Shown: positions 54,136 through 63,081, numbered from the stretch's first letter. The stretch: 64,000 bases of DNA from a virus (IMGVR_UViG_3300046543_000050), one strand, 5' to 3'. A program made the numbers and translations. The notes: a model not told the origin generated them from the letters alone.

Positions 54136-54630
54136 ATGAAGAAAAGAACTCTCATTGCTGTTCTGCTGGCGGTGCTGTGCATCAATACAGCCACGCCAGT
54201 CGAACACCCTCCGACGCCTGTCGGACCAAACGTTCAGAAGGACATCAACTGTCTCGCAGAGAATATCTACTATGAGGCACGCGGCGAACCTGATGCCGGT
54301 AAGAAGGCGGTCGCGGAAGTCACGACGAACAGAGTAGAGACGCCCGGATTTCCAAGCACTGTCTGCGGCGTCGTCCATGAGAAGCACGAACGGACATGTC
54401 AGTTTTCTTGGGTTTGTTGGCGACATCGACCGCCAATTGACCGGAATGACCAAGATTGGGTCGAATCTAAAGAAATTGCCACAGATGTCTTGCTTTTCAA
54501 TGACAACCCCGGTATAATGAAACAAAAGACGGCATTGTACTACCATGCTGATTACGTCAAACCCGGTTGGGCGCGACACATGACGTTCATCAAGAGGATT
54601 GGTGGACACCTTTTCTACACGAAGAAATAA
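54136..54630 (+). CDS. SleB/CwlJ-family cell-wall hydrolase with signal peptide
   Basis: CLAENIYYEARGE motif typical of SleB-like hydrolases; N-terminal signal. Confidence 0.7.
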   Translation: MKKRTLIAVLLAVLCINTATPVEHPPTPVGPNVQKDINCLAENIYYEARGEPDAGKKAVAEVTTNRVETPGFPSTVCGVVHEKHERTCQFSWVCWRHRPPIDRNDQDWVESKEIATDVLLFNDNPGIMKQKTALYYHADYVKPGWARHMTFIKRIGGHLFYTKK

Positions 54631-54854
54631 TGGTTGAAAAAGAAGGAACTGTGACGTTGCCAAACGGCTGCACACTGTATTGGGAAACCGATGACTCAGT
54701 GGGCGGTACGCGACGTTACTTCTCAGACGAAGTTGGCGGCGGGGTCTTTGTGTGGGACTCTGCCCTCGTAGATTCATCCACACTGTTAGCTGCAATCGTT
54801 CAAGAAGATCGGCTGCGCATTCAAGAATTTCATGAGAAGAAACATGCAAGTTGA
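54630..54854 (+). CDS. hypothetical protein (74 aa)
   Basis: TAATG overlap with upstream gene. Confidence 0.35.
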   Translation: MVEKEGTVTLPNGCTLYWETDDSVGGTRRYFSDEVGGGVFVWDSALVDSSTLLAAIVQEDRLRIQEFHEKKHAS

Positions 54855-55116
54855 AACCCAAGAAGTCGCAGTCACCGATCAATTCCTGATCACCAAAGAA
54901 TTCGCATCGGCAGAAGCATTCTCGATGTACATTGAAGATCGCGCGATCACCGAAGGCGAAAGCCTGATTGACACCATCCTCGAATACTGCGACGACCGCG
55001 ACATCGATGTGGATGTTACGGCACGTCTCGTCACCAAGTCCCTTAAAGAAAAGCTGGCACTCGAATTCGAAGAACGCAACATGCTTCGCGTCGAACACGG
55101 CACACTCGATCTGTAA
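54844..55116 (+). CDS. hypothetical acidic protein (90 aa)
   Basis: ORF. Confidence 0.45.
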   Translation: MQVETQEVAVTDQFLITKEFASAEAFSMYIEDRAITEGESLIDTILEYCDDRDIDVDVTARLVTKSLKEKLALEFEERNMLRVEHGTLDL

Positions 55117-55224
55117 GATGCAAACACCACAACAACTATTCAATTCGGTCGCGCAATCCATCGTGGCATTGATGACATGCGCGTTCGCCAACGAAGTCAA
55201 TCCATCTGAATTCCGGGACGACTT

Positions 55225-55743
55225 TTGGCCGCTGTGATCCAATCATTCCGGGAATTCCTTCAAGAGAAGTACGGAACGGCAGGAACCTATGCGGCAATGA
55301 AGTTCACGCGTGAATCGGCACTGAACATTCGGAAGTATCTGGTCCAGAATGACATCCCGAATCCGGTCCCGCAAGACAAGCTGCATGTCACGTTGCTGTA
55401 CTCGCGCAAACCGATGCATGGGTTCGAACCGCTTGGTGAGCTTGAAGACCCGATGGAAGTCCGCGTCGAAGGGTTCGATGTCTGGGATACCCAAGGCGGC
55501 AAGAAGGCGCTGGTGGCCCGTTTAGACGCTCCCAAGCTGATTACGCGACACAAGTCTCTGATGGACAGGTACGAAGGTACGTTCGACTTTGACGAGTATC
55601 GACCGCACTTCACCATGTCCTACGATGTCGGCCCCGACTTCGACAAGGATGCTGCACCCCGATTCACCTGTCCGCTGTTCCTCGATCAAGAGTACGGCGA
55701 AGACCTGAACACCAACTGGAAAGCTGATGACGAAACTGATTGA
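55225..55743 (+). CDS. 2H-superfamily phosphoesterase (LigT / cyclic-nucleotide phosphodiesterase fold), possible anti-CBASS Acb1 analogue; start uncertain (TTG 55225, GTG 55234 or ATG 55297)
   Basis: Two H-x-T/S-x motifs: HVTLLY and HFTMSY about 80 aa apart. Confidence 0.6.
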   Translation: MAAVIQSFREFLQEKYGTAGTYAAMKFTRESALNIRKYLVQNDIPNPVPQDKLHVTLLYSRKPMHGFEPLGELEDPMEVRVEGFDVWDTQGGKKALVARLDAPKLITRHKSLMDRYEGTFDFDEYRPHFTMSYDVGPDFDKDAAPRFTCPLFLDQEYGEDLNTNWKADDETD

Positions 55744-56107
55744 TCAAATTAATGCACTGAAGGCTACTGCTACAGAACGTGCGGCAGCGAAGGCCGAACA
55801 AGACCGGCGTGACCTCGAAGAAGCGAACGCATCCGAAATTCGTCTGGGTGTTGACCAAGCCAACGTAGTTATCCCAGACCTCGCTTCGCGGGTCATGCGG
55901 GTAGCAGAAGACGGTGAAGAAACGCAGATCGGCATACCGATTCAAACCGCAAGCACGAAGACCGAATTGACCCTCTGGGAAGCGGCATACGCGAGCACCA
56001 TCACACAGCACTTCGAAGATGAAGGTCTGACAGTCGAGCAGCGTCAGGCGGCGCGGAATACCGCAACTGGCAAGCGCTACAACACGACCCTGTATATCTC
56101 GTGGTAG
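55727..56107 (+). CDS. hypothetical protein (126 aa)
   Basis: Coupled ORF. Confidence 0.45.
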   Translation: MTKLIDQINALKATATERAAAKAEQDRRDLEEANASEIRLGVDQANVVIPDLASRVMRVAEDGEETQIGIPIQTASTKTELTLWEAAYASTITQHFEDEGLTVEQRQAARNTATGKRYNTTLYISW

Positions 56108-56370
56108 TCAACGTCTCGACCGGTAAGCCATTCGATGTCTACATCGGTCGCGGCACGAAGTGGGGCAACCCGTTCGTCATAGGTCGGGACGGAACGCGTG
56201 ATGATGTAATCGAGAAGTACGCACGATGGATCATCACGCAACCACAGTTCGCAGACCTACATGAATTGTATGGCAGGGTATTGGGCTGTCATTGTCATCC
56301 GAAGCGATGTCATGGTCATGTCCTCGAACACCTTGCCATTAAGAATCACGTTCCAACCTTCTTTGATTGA
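56101..56370 (+). CDS. DUF4326-family protein
   Basis: GRGTKWGNPFVIG motif plus CHCHPKRCHGHVL C-terminal cluster. Confidence 0.65.
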   Translation: MVVNVSTGKPFDVYIGRGTKWGNPFVIGRDGTRDDVIEKYARWIITQPQFADLHELYGRVLGCHCHPKRCHGHVLEHLAIKNHVPTFFD

Positions 56371-56969
56371 GCATGACACCATTCGGCGCATACCGCTGCT
56401 ATCTGGCAATGAAGTCGCACTTCACGACTGACAGCTACGACATCGTGAAGTATCGTGGCCGCGTGAGTGCCAAGCTGGAAGCCTTTGAGAAGCGCAAGGA
56501 CAAGTATCGGTTTGAGAAGTTGGCCCGAACCACGCCCGACAAAGAAATCGTTGAGATGTTCGTTGCCAACTTCTCAAGCAAGCCTGACTATTCTGGTCTG
56601 TTTGATGACCAATCAGAAACGCGGTATAAGAAGTGGACCGCGTACCAACAAGCACTGTCGTACAACTTTGGGAATGAAGTAAAAGTCTTGTTGGAAGATG
56701 CAAAAAGTTCAGGTTTGTGTTATAATGATGTTTTCTTCAGTAGTGAACATCAACACCCGCCAGTCCTCCTAGCATACCTCGGCAAGACCATATCTGTTGA
56801 TACCTTCGTGATTCTCGACCGTCTAAATAGTTTCGTAGACAAGATGGTCGATGATGTGGTGACGCGGGGAATCCTTCGCACTGCACGCAAGTACGACCCA
56901 TTCCTCAATGTTGATTTGGAAGCATATGGGAACATCAACAAACGTGTCAGAGAATCTGTGTTCTCCTGA
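56367..56969 (+). CDS. 59: gp59 helicase-loader protein
   Basis: YRCYLAMKSHFTTDSYDIVKYRGRVSAKLEAFEKRKDKYRFEKLAR aligns to T4 gp59 YKLYLMIKQHMNGKYDVIKYNWCMRVSDAAYQKRRDKYFFQKLSE; directly upstream of gene 32 as in T4. Confidence 0.8.
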   Translation: MSMTPFGAYRCYLAMKSHFTTDSYDIVKYRGRVSAKLEAFEKRKDKYRFEKLARTTPDKEIVEMFVANFSSKPDYSGLFDDQSETRYKKWTAYQQALSYNFGNEVKVLLEDAKSSGLCYNDVFFSSEHQHPPVLLAYLGKTISVDTFVILDRLNSFVDKMVDDVVTRGILRTARKYDPFLNVDLEAYGNINKRVRESVFS

Positions 56970-57124
56970 TGAAGAACGAATCCGGGCGCTGGAAGAAACC
57001 ATCGCCTACATGCAACGCGATCACGCCAAGTTGCAGAAGCAATTAGAAGCCGTCATGACCGATGTCGCCAGCAATAAGAAGCGCATTGAATCGTGGCCGT
57101 TTGTCAAGGTATCAGTGAAGTAAG

Positions 57125-57283
57125 ATGGGTAAGACAAGACATTTTCGTCCAGAAGAACGAAGCATTCACCGCGCTAAACCGTCACCCGAGAAGGTGACTA
57201 AATATAAGCACAACATCTACACCGTCGAAGAAGATGAAGACGAAGTAGAAGACTGGACGGACGAACAATTTGAAGAACAGTAA
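57125..57283 (+). CDS. small acidic protein (52 aa), not in the ORF track
   Basis: ATG after the gp59 region; contains the CTAAATA motif (57198) that may serve gene 32. Confidence 0.3.
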   Translation: MGKTRHFRPEERSIHRAKPSPEKVTKYKHNIYTVEEDEDEVEDWTDEQFEEQ

Positions 57284-57369
57284 GTAGTCCCTAGCTGTAC
57301 GTGATCAACTATATGAGGCAAAACCAATGAAAACACAATCGCAAACAATCGAAATAGGTAGAAGACAAA

Positions 57370-58362
57370 ATGGCAAAATCATTCTCGGAACTCCGCAAGC
57401 AACGTGGCGACCTCAGTGACCTCACGAAGAAGCTTGAATCGCAGTCCAGTGGCAAGAAAGAAGACGACCGCTTCTGGTCGTGCCAGACGGACAAAGCAGG
57501 TAACGGTTCCGCAGTGATCCGCTTTCTCCCGGCCCCGGCTGGTGAAGATGATGCATGGGTCAAGCTGTATACGCACGGATTCAAGGGTCCGACCGGCAAG
57601 TGGTACATTGAGAACTCGTTGACCACGATTGGTCGCGACGATCCGGTTACGGAACTCAACAACGAACTGTGGGCTTCGAAGTCCAAGGCGAACGAAGAAA
57701 TCGCTCGCAATCAGAAGCGTAAGTTGGGTTACTACTCGAACGTGTATGTTGTCTCCGATCCGGCGAACCCGGAAAACGAAGGCAAGATCAAAATCTTCCG
57801 CTACGGCAAGAAGATTTTCGAGAAGCTTCAAGCTGCAATGAAGCCTGAGTTTGAAGATGACGAAGCACGCAACCCGTTCTGTCTCTGGACTGGCGCGAAC
57901 TTCCGTCTGAAGATCAAGAAGGTTGAAGGCTACGCAAACTTCGACAGTTCGTCACTGGCTGCTTCGGCTCCGCTGAAAGAAGATGACGATGAACTCGAAC
58001 AGATTTGGGCGAAGTGCCACTCGCTGAAGGCGATCATCGCTGAAGACCAGTTCAAGACGTATGAAGAACTTCAGAAGCGTTTGAACTTCGTGCTGGCATC
58101 TGGTGTTGCTCCGCGTTCGGCAGAGAAGGCTGAACTCAACGATGAAGACCAAGACTTCATCCGTGCTGAAGCTGCAAAGAAGAAGGCCGCTGCTGCGAAG
58201 CAAGCCGAACAAGAAAGCTTCGATGACGTGCCGCCGTTCGATGTTGAACCGGCCAAGCCTGTGAGTCCTGCGAAGGCCGCTGCTGCAAAGGCAACCGCCA
58301 AGCAAGTCGATGCAGATGCAGACGACGATCTGGATTATTTCCGCAAACTCGCGGAAGGTTAA
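57370..58362 (+). CDS. 32: gp32 single-stranded DNA-binding protein
   Basis: GNGSAVIRFLP, KWYIE, SDPANPENEGKIKIFRYGKKIFEK match T4 gp32 blocks; acidic Ala-rich C-terminal tail. Confidence 0.85.
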   Translation: MAKSFSELRKQRGDLSDLTKKLESQSSGKKEDDRFWSCQTDKAGNGSAVIRFLPAPAGEDDAWVKLYTHGFKGPTGKWYIENSLTTIGRDDPVTELNNELWASKSKANEEIARNQKRKLGYYSNVYVVSDPANPENEGKIKIFRYGKKIFEKLQAAMKPEFEDDEARNPFCLWTGANFRLKIKKVEGYANFDSSSLAASAPLKEDDDELEQIWAKCHSLKAIIAEDQFKTYEELQKRLNFVLASGVAPRSAEKAELNDEDQDFIRAEAAKKKAAAAKQAEQESFDDVPPFDVEPAKPVSPAKAAAAKATAKQVDADADDDLDYFRKLAEG

Positions 58363-58375
58363 TTCCCGATAGCAA

Positions 58376-58404
58376 TAAAAAAGCCCGCTTGCGCGGGCTT
58401 TTTG
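58376..58404. terminator. bidirectional terminator A-run / GCCCGC-ttgc-GCGGGC / T-run
   Basis: Between convergent gene 32 (+) and the 721-aa gene (-). Confidence 0.7.
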
Positions 58405-58405
58405 T

Positions 58406-60571
58406 TTATGGAACGAAGGTTCCCATCATGGCGCGATCAAAGTACGATTCGCGCTGACGTGGTGAACCCGAGATAGGCACATAGTTCGTGGTTGATGTAG
58501 ACGGTCCAGACGACTGCGCTGGCGCTTGCACAACCACGGTTTGGGCGTTGGATTGATCCTTCGCTGCTGCGTGTTGCTGGCTGATCTGAGCGACCGTGTT
58601 ACCAGTCTCAGGAGCATCGGGTGAAGACCACAACCCGGCAGCTTTCTTGCCAAGCCATTCGCCCGCTTCTGCACCCAAGTATCCACCCGCTGCACCGCCC
58701 GCGAGAGTGCCAGCTACAGGCACCACAGACCCCGCCACAGCCCCGATGGTCCCACCGATCCATCCACCTATCGTTGCACCAACTCCACCGCCTACAGCGT
58801 TCGCTTTGGCTTCCTTCGCCTGTTGCGCAGTAATCTCACCCTTCTTCAACTTCGCGTCTGCGTCTTCATACTCGTTGTAGGCATTGTATGCAGTGATCGC
58901 AGTACCGGCGATACCCAACGCTTTACCGGCATGACCAAGGGTCTTTGAAATCTTAGAGACGCCCTTGGCAAGACCCTTCGCTTCACCTTCCAGACCTTCG
59001 GCAGCTTTCGCACCCTTGCCTTCAACCTTTGCCTTTTCTTCCCCGGTCTTTGGTTTTTCCTCACCAGTCTTAGGCTTTTCTTCTCCGTCACCCTTCTTCG
59101 CAAACTTCTCTTTGAACTTGGTCTTAGCTTTACTGAACAGTTCGCCAGCAAGTGGGATTGCATCCGGGAGAAGACTCAGAGGACTACCACCCTCAACTTC
59201 ACCAGTCGCATCTTCACCGAACTTTCGCGTAGCATCCGCATTGCGAACACCTACGTCATTGTCAACCAACGAATCATCCTTGGTCTTGAATGCATCAACG
59301 ACTGTCGGCGTCTGGGCGATTGGCATTGCGAACCCAGAACCGATTGCACCACGAACCGCTGACGACAGTGCCGTCTCTTGCGTCCGAAGCGGATTGTGAG
59401 GATTCCCCTTGATCTGGATTGGTGGCGAATCACTGACGACTGGCTTCACATCATGCTTCGGTGCTGGCAGTGCATGGAACTCATGCGTATGCGTCGGATG
59501 AATGTCGCGGAACTCAACATCTTCTGCGTCGTTGATGTCGAACTTCTTCGCGCGAACAGACGGCTTCACTCGTGCCAGACCCGTTTGCGGTTCTCGCGGA
59601 CGGACTTCCATCGCCGGAAGATAATCACCTTCCTGATGCGTGATGTGTTTCGGGTCCACATGTGTAACAGAAGGCGCAGCAAGCGCACCGACACCTGACG
59701 GCGAGGGAAGCATAGGAGTACCAACTGCGACCGCACTACGGCCACGATCATCGCCAATGGACGGATGTGGCGAGACAGTCGCTTCCTTTTCCTTCTCGAC
59801 CATGCGGACAATCAGACGATCAACGTGAAGGTTCTCGATCTTCGACGGGAAACCTCCTACATGTGAACCGCCCATCGTCGCAGCTACTTTCGCTACGATC
59901 TTCGTCAGGTGATGGTCTTCATCTTCACCATGTTCCTGTTCGCCCATGATGTCGCCAGACAGACGCGTCTTGACGGCTTCAGCTTGACCAAGGTTCTGCA
60001 TCTCGCGCAAAGGCGTGATCATGTTCCGCTGGTCGCGACGATCCATACCGGCCAAGCGTCGGAACAACGGACTTTCCATATCCGACTTGGACGGTTCAAA
60101 GAACTTCGAGATGCGATGGTTAATCTCTTGCGAGATGGCCCCGGTCTTCGGCTTCATTTGTTCGGTATGCTGCATACCAAGTGAAGCGATGTGTTCGATG
60201 CGGGCCTTCGCTGCACCCGAACCTTCTACTTCATTGATACGTGCGACGGCAGCTTGAAATTCCTTATGGGAACGTTCGAAGTCAAAGTTGCCATCCTTAC
60301 GCAGCTTCATGAATTCTTCAATGACTTCTCGGAAGACCTCTTTCTGATCATCCGATGCAGTCTTCATGAACTCGCGCTGATCCTTCAGTTCGCTTGTGAA
60401 CTGGCGATAGGCTTCGTCAACACGCTTCATATTCTTCGTGTCGTCGTTGCCCTTGTTGGCGGACACCTGATTGCGACGCAACAGATCACCGACACCCACC
60501 ACTTCACTGATGAACTTGTCATTCGACATGCGCTGAAATTCTTGTGTCGGCTTTGATTTTGTCGCTTGCAT
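58406..60571 (-). CDS. large late protein (721 aa) with Lys/Glu repeats (EEKPKTG x3) and C-terminal glycine-zipper membrane segment
   Basis: GGGVGATIGGWIGGTIGAVAGSVVPVAGTLAGGAAGGYLGAEAGEWLG; tandem ~21-bp DNA repeats around 58990-59060; minus-strand late cassette. Confidence 0.65.
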   Translation of the reverse strand: MQATKSKPTQEFQRMSNDKFISEVVGVGDLLRRNQVSANKGNDDTKNMKRVDEAYRQFTSELKDQREFMKTASDDQKEVFREVIEEFMKLRKDGNFDFERSHKEFQAAVARINEVEGSGAAKARIEHIASLGMQHTEQMKPKTGAISQEINHRISKFFEPSKSDMESPLFRRLAGMDRRDQRNMITPLREMQNLGQAEAVKTRLSGDIMGEQEHGEDEDHHLTKIVAKVAATMGGSHVGGFPSKIENLHVDRLIVRMVEKEKEATVSPHPSIGDDRGRSAVAVGTPMLPSPSGVGALAAPSVTHVDPKHITHQEGDYLPAMEVRPREPQTGLARVKPSVRAKKFDINDAEDVEFRDIHPTHTHEFHALPAPKHDVKPVVSDSPPIQIKGNPHNPLRTQETALSSAVRGAIGSGFAMPIAQTPTVVDAFKTKDDSLVDNDVGVRNADATRKFGEDATGEVEGGSPLSLLPDAIPLAGELFSKAKTKFKEKFAKKGDGEEKPKTGEEKPKTGEEKAKVEGKGAKAAEGLEGEAKGLAKGVSKISKTLGHAGKALGIAGTAITAYNAYNEYEDADAKLKKGEITAQQAKEAKANAVGGGVGATIGGWIGGTIGAVAGSVVPVAGTLAGGAAGGYLGAEAGEWLGKKAAGLWSSPDAPETGNTVAQISQQHAAAKDQSNAQTVVVQAPAQSSGPSTSTTNYVPISGSPRQRESYFDRAMMGTFVP

Positions 60572-60579
60572 TAGTACAC

Positions 60580-60768
60580 CTATTTGTTTTGTTGTGCGCG
60601 CAGATTCGCCATCTCTGTTTCATGCCTGATATGTTGCACCAACATACCAACGTAGATTTCCCGCTCCCACGGAATCATGCTGTCCAACTCCGTCAGTGAA
60701 TAGTCATGGAACTGCATCAGACTGAAATTCAATGTGTAGTAGTTGTACAGCGTGTCATGCGAGAGCAT
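60580..60768 (-). CDS. hypothetical protein (62 aa)
   Basis: Coupled within the minus cassette. Confidence 0.4.
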   Translation of the reverse strand: MLSHDTLYNYYTLNFSLMQFHDYSLTELDSMIPWEREIYVGMLVQHIRHETEMANLRAQQNK

Positions 60769-61466
60769 TATCCGAAAAAACTTTCGATGCCCTCAAGCGA
60801 GTATCGCGTGTCCTTCTGGCAGTGCGGGCACGGATCAGTGAATGTGTGTTTCAGGATCGGCATCGTGCGGAAGAATTCTTCGATCTTGCCGAACTGTTCC
60901 GGCGTCAACGATTCAACGAACGATGCGACTTCTTCGGGAGTTTCGTCCTTCGTGTGATGGACTTCCGTTTCAGTGAATACCGAGAAGATGCATTCGCAAA
61001 TTGTTTGGTACACCGTATCGACAGAGTAGTTCTTATTGAGGAAGGCCAGTTGTTCCGTGGTTGGGTATGCCATCTCAATCCCAAGCTTGTCGGTCAGAAC
61101 GATCTTCTTGCTGTGACCCTTGGTCTTCTGGACTTCAACGTCGCTGATCGCAAGCTTGTAGTCGTGGTTCTGTCCGCAGTGCTGGCACGTCAGTACCAGA
61201 TCGACGGATTCACCGGCAGACTTCGAGCGAATTTGCAGGAACAGGAATTCCAGATCGAAGTTCGGCATCCGCTCGACATCAAGCTTCTCGAACGTACAGG
61301 TGTTGACGGCCTCTTTGACGGCCAACAGAATGTCGGCGTCACCGCCCTCAATTGCCATCAACAGGTTCTTTTGCTCGCCAACCAACCAAGGACGGTACTT
61401 GACAGCCTTGCCAGTTGATGGCAGCTTGGTTTGAAAGGTCGGGGTTGCATTGCGTGGCAGAGACAT
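60768..61466 (-). CDS. Cys4 zinc-binding protein (232 aa), possible baseplate or morphogenesis protein
   Basis: CQHCGQ ... CPHCQK; minus-strand CTAAATAG at ~61502-61509 inside inverted repeat AATAGTCC...GGACTATT. Confidence 0.55.
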   Translation of the reverse strand: MSLPRNATPTFQTKLPSTGKAVKYRPWLVGEQKNLLMAIEGGDADILLAVKEAVNTCTFEKLDVERMPNFDLEFLFLQIRSKSAGESVDLVLTCQHCGQNHDYKLAISDVEVQKTKGHSKKIVLTDKLGIEMAYPTTEQLAFLNKNYSVDTVYQTICECIFSVFTETEVHHTKDETPEEVASFVESLTPEQFGKIEEFFRTMPILKHTFTDPCPHCQKDTRYSLEGIESFFG

Positions 61467-61511
61467 GAATAGTCCTTCTCGAAAATAATTTGTGGATGGA
61501 CTATTTAGCTG

Positions 61512-61539
61512 TTGACACGAATTCCCAAACCTGTATAAT
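61512..61539 (+). promoter_or_regulatory. class-A early promoter TTGACAcgaATTCCCAAACCTGTATAAT (diverges from the minus late cassette)
   Basis: Followed by CCTTCACATCGACTAC and RBS caaggagaac. Confidence 0.65.
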
Positions 61540-61567
61540 CCTTCACATCGACTACAAGGAGAACGCC

Positions 61568-62035
61568 ATGACGATAAACCTGCAACAACATTCCGATGGT
61601 TCCATCACGTTCGAAGACTTCGTGAATTCGAGCGCTCGTCTGTGTCCGGGTAAGGTCATCGAAGTCCCGATCAATGGTCCTCACAGTGCCAGTAGATTCG
61701 CGATAGTGGAGATGCATCTATCGGAAGATGCGACGATGCACATCTATCATGCGAAGTGCATCAACGTGTTCGTGGACGCCCGCGTCGTGGCTGATCTGTT
61801 GAGTGCCAAGGCGGAAGAAGCAAGTAAGGGTTTGGAAGGCTTCCCGCGTGGCGCGATGGGTCTGACACCTGATGTCGTGAAGTTCTCGCGCGAGTTCCGG
61901 GAAGCGAAGTTCAAATTCGAATGCGCGTTCGCCAGTTCGCGACTGTTCAACCAGTTCTACGTGAAGACGTGGAAGAAGGAAATCGCTGCATATCGCTTTA
62001 CTGCGCGGTCTACCAAACAAAACTCAGGAAGTTAA
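61568..62035 (+). CDS. hypothetical protein (155 aa)
   Basis: ORF after class-A promoter. Confidence 0.5.
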   Translation: MTINLQQHSDGSITFEDFVNSSARLCPGKVIEVPINGPHSASRFAIVEMHLSEDATMHIYHAKCINVFVDARVVADLLSAKAEEASKGLEGFPRGAMGLTPDVVKFSREFREAKFKFECAFASSRLFNQFYVKTWKKEIAAYRFTARSTKQNSGS

Positions 62036-62257
62036 ATGTACCAAAGACTTGCCACTGACTTAATGTTCTCTACAGTCCGTACCGCTGACCTCGAATCGAA
62101 GTACGGACTGGTCTTCCGCAAGGACAAGACGGGGACCGACATTGCCGCTGCTATCGCCAAGGCACGGAAGGCGGGATTCGGTAAGGTCGAATTCGAATTG
62201 TCGATGCTGGAAGTGTACTTGAAGGGTTTACTGAAGAAGGCCAAGAAAGCTAAATGA
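62036..62257 (+). CDS. hypothetical protein (73 aa)
   Basis: Coupled ORF. Confidence 0.4.
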   Translation: MYQRLATDLMFSTVRTADLESKYGLVFRKDKTGTDIAAAIAKARKAGFGKVEFELSMLEVYLKGLLKKAKKAK

Positions 62258-62463
62258 AATACACGATTCGTGCATACCATTCCCGTCAAGAAGCGGAGTC
62301 TGGGCGGGTCAGGGAACTTGAGAAGTGTGAGACGGGAAGCTGGCATACCGCGCAGCATCTAGCGGTCCAGATGTCCCGCGAAGACGGGTACGCCATCCTT
62401 GTGAACGACAAGTCGGGCGCTCGTCATTGCTATGAGAAGGGAGTTTTGGTTTTGAGTACTTGA
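62254..62463 (+). CDS. hypothetical protein (69 aa)
   Basis: Coupled ORF. Confidence 0.4.
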   Translation: MKYTIRAYHSRQEAESGRVRELEKCETGSWHTAQHLAVQMSREDGYAILVNDKSGARHCYEKGVLVLST

Positions 62464-62487
62464 CAGGCATTCCCAGACCTGTATAAT
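62460..62487 (+). promoter_or_regulatory. class-A early promoter TTGACAggcATTCCCAGACCTGTATAAT
   Basis: Followed by CCTTCACATACC and RBS cacggagtga. Confidence 0.65.
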
Positions 62488-62520
62488 CCTTCACATACCA
62501 ACGAACACGGAGTGACGGAC

Positions 62521-62802
62521 ATGGACATCAAAGAACTGAAGGCTGCACTGGTTTCGAAGGGCTGGTCGGAAGACCGTTTCGGCAACTTGAAGCGGGAAGT
62601 CCGCGTCGAGAACGAAACGCCGCGCCTGTACCGCGTGAAGGTCCAGAAGATTTCCGTCCGTCTCGAACGCCAGTTCACGATTGAGGCATCGCCGTACTCC
62701 CCGGAATCGAAGGATTGGGCTTTGGTTTCAAACGCTTACCTGAAAGACATTAAGGTCCGCGAGGATGGTGGTATCATCATCGGTCGCAAAGTCCTGAAAT
62801 AA
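62521..62802 (+). CDS. hypothetical protein (93 aa)
   Basis: ORF after class-A promoter. Confidence 0.45.
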   Translation: MDIKELKAALVSKGWSEDRFGNLKREVRVENETPRLYRVKVQKISVRLERQFTIEASPYSPESKDWALVSNAYLKDIKVREDGGIIIGRKVLK

Positions 62803-62821
62803 CCCCACAGGAGGGAATTGA

Positions 62822-63031
62822 ATGACCGATCTGGATCAGAAGGTGTACTCGATCAGCAATCCGCTGGAATTGGTTCGTCATCAATGGGAGACATCCACGA
62901 AGGGTGAGGCCGCGAAGGGATACATCGTAGGCATGATTGATGCTCTGCGTTGGGGCATGTCGATCACGTCAGTGGAGTATGAGACGCTTTACGACACCTA
63001 CGTCCACAACGAACCCGACAAGAAAGAATAA
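62822..63031 (+). CDS. hypothetical protein (69 aa)
   Basis: RBS caggagggaa. Confidence 0.4.
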   Translation: MTDLDQKVYSISNPLELVRHQWETSTKGEAAKGYIVGMIDALRWGMSITSVEYETLYDTYVHNEPDKKE

Positions 63032-63053
63032 TCAAAAACCGTGTTTGTCGGTG

Positions 63054-63081
63054 TTGACATGTACGGCCAAACCTGTATAAT
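63054..63081 (+). promoter_or_regulatory. class-A early promoter TTGACAtgtacggCCAAACCTGTATAAT
   Basis: Followed by TCTTCACATCGGC and RBS aacggagcgc. Confidence 0.65.
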
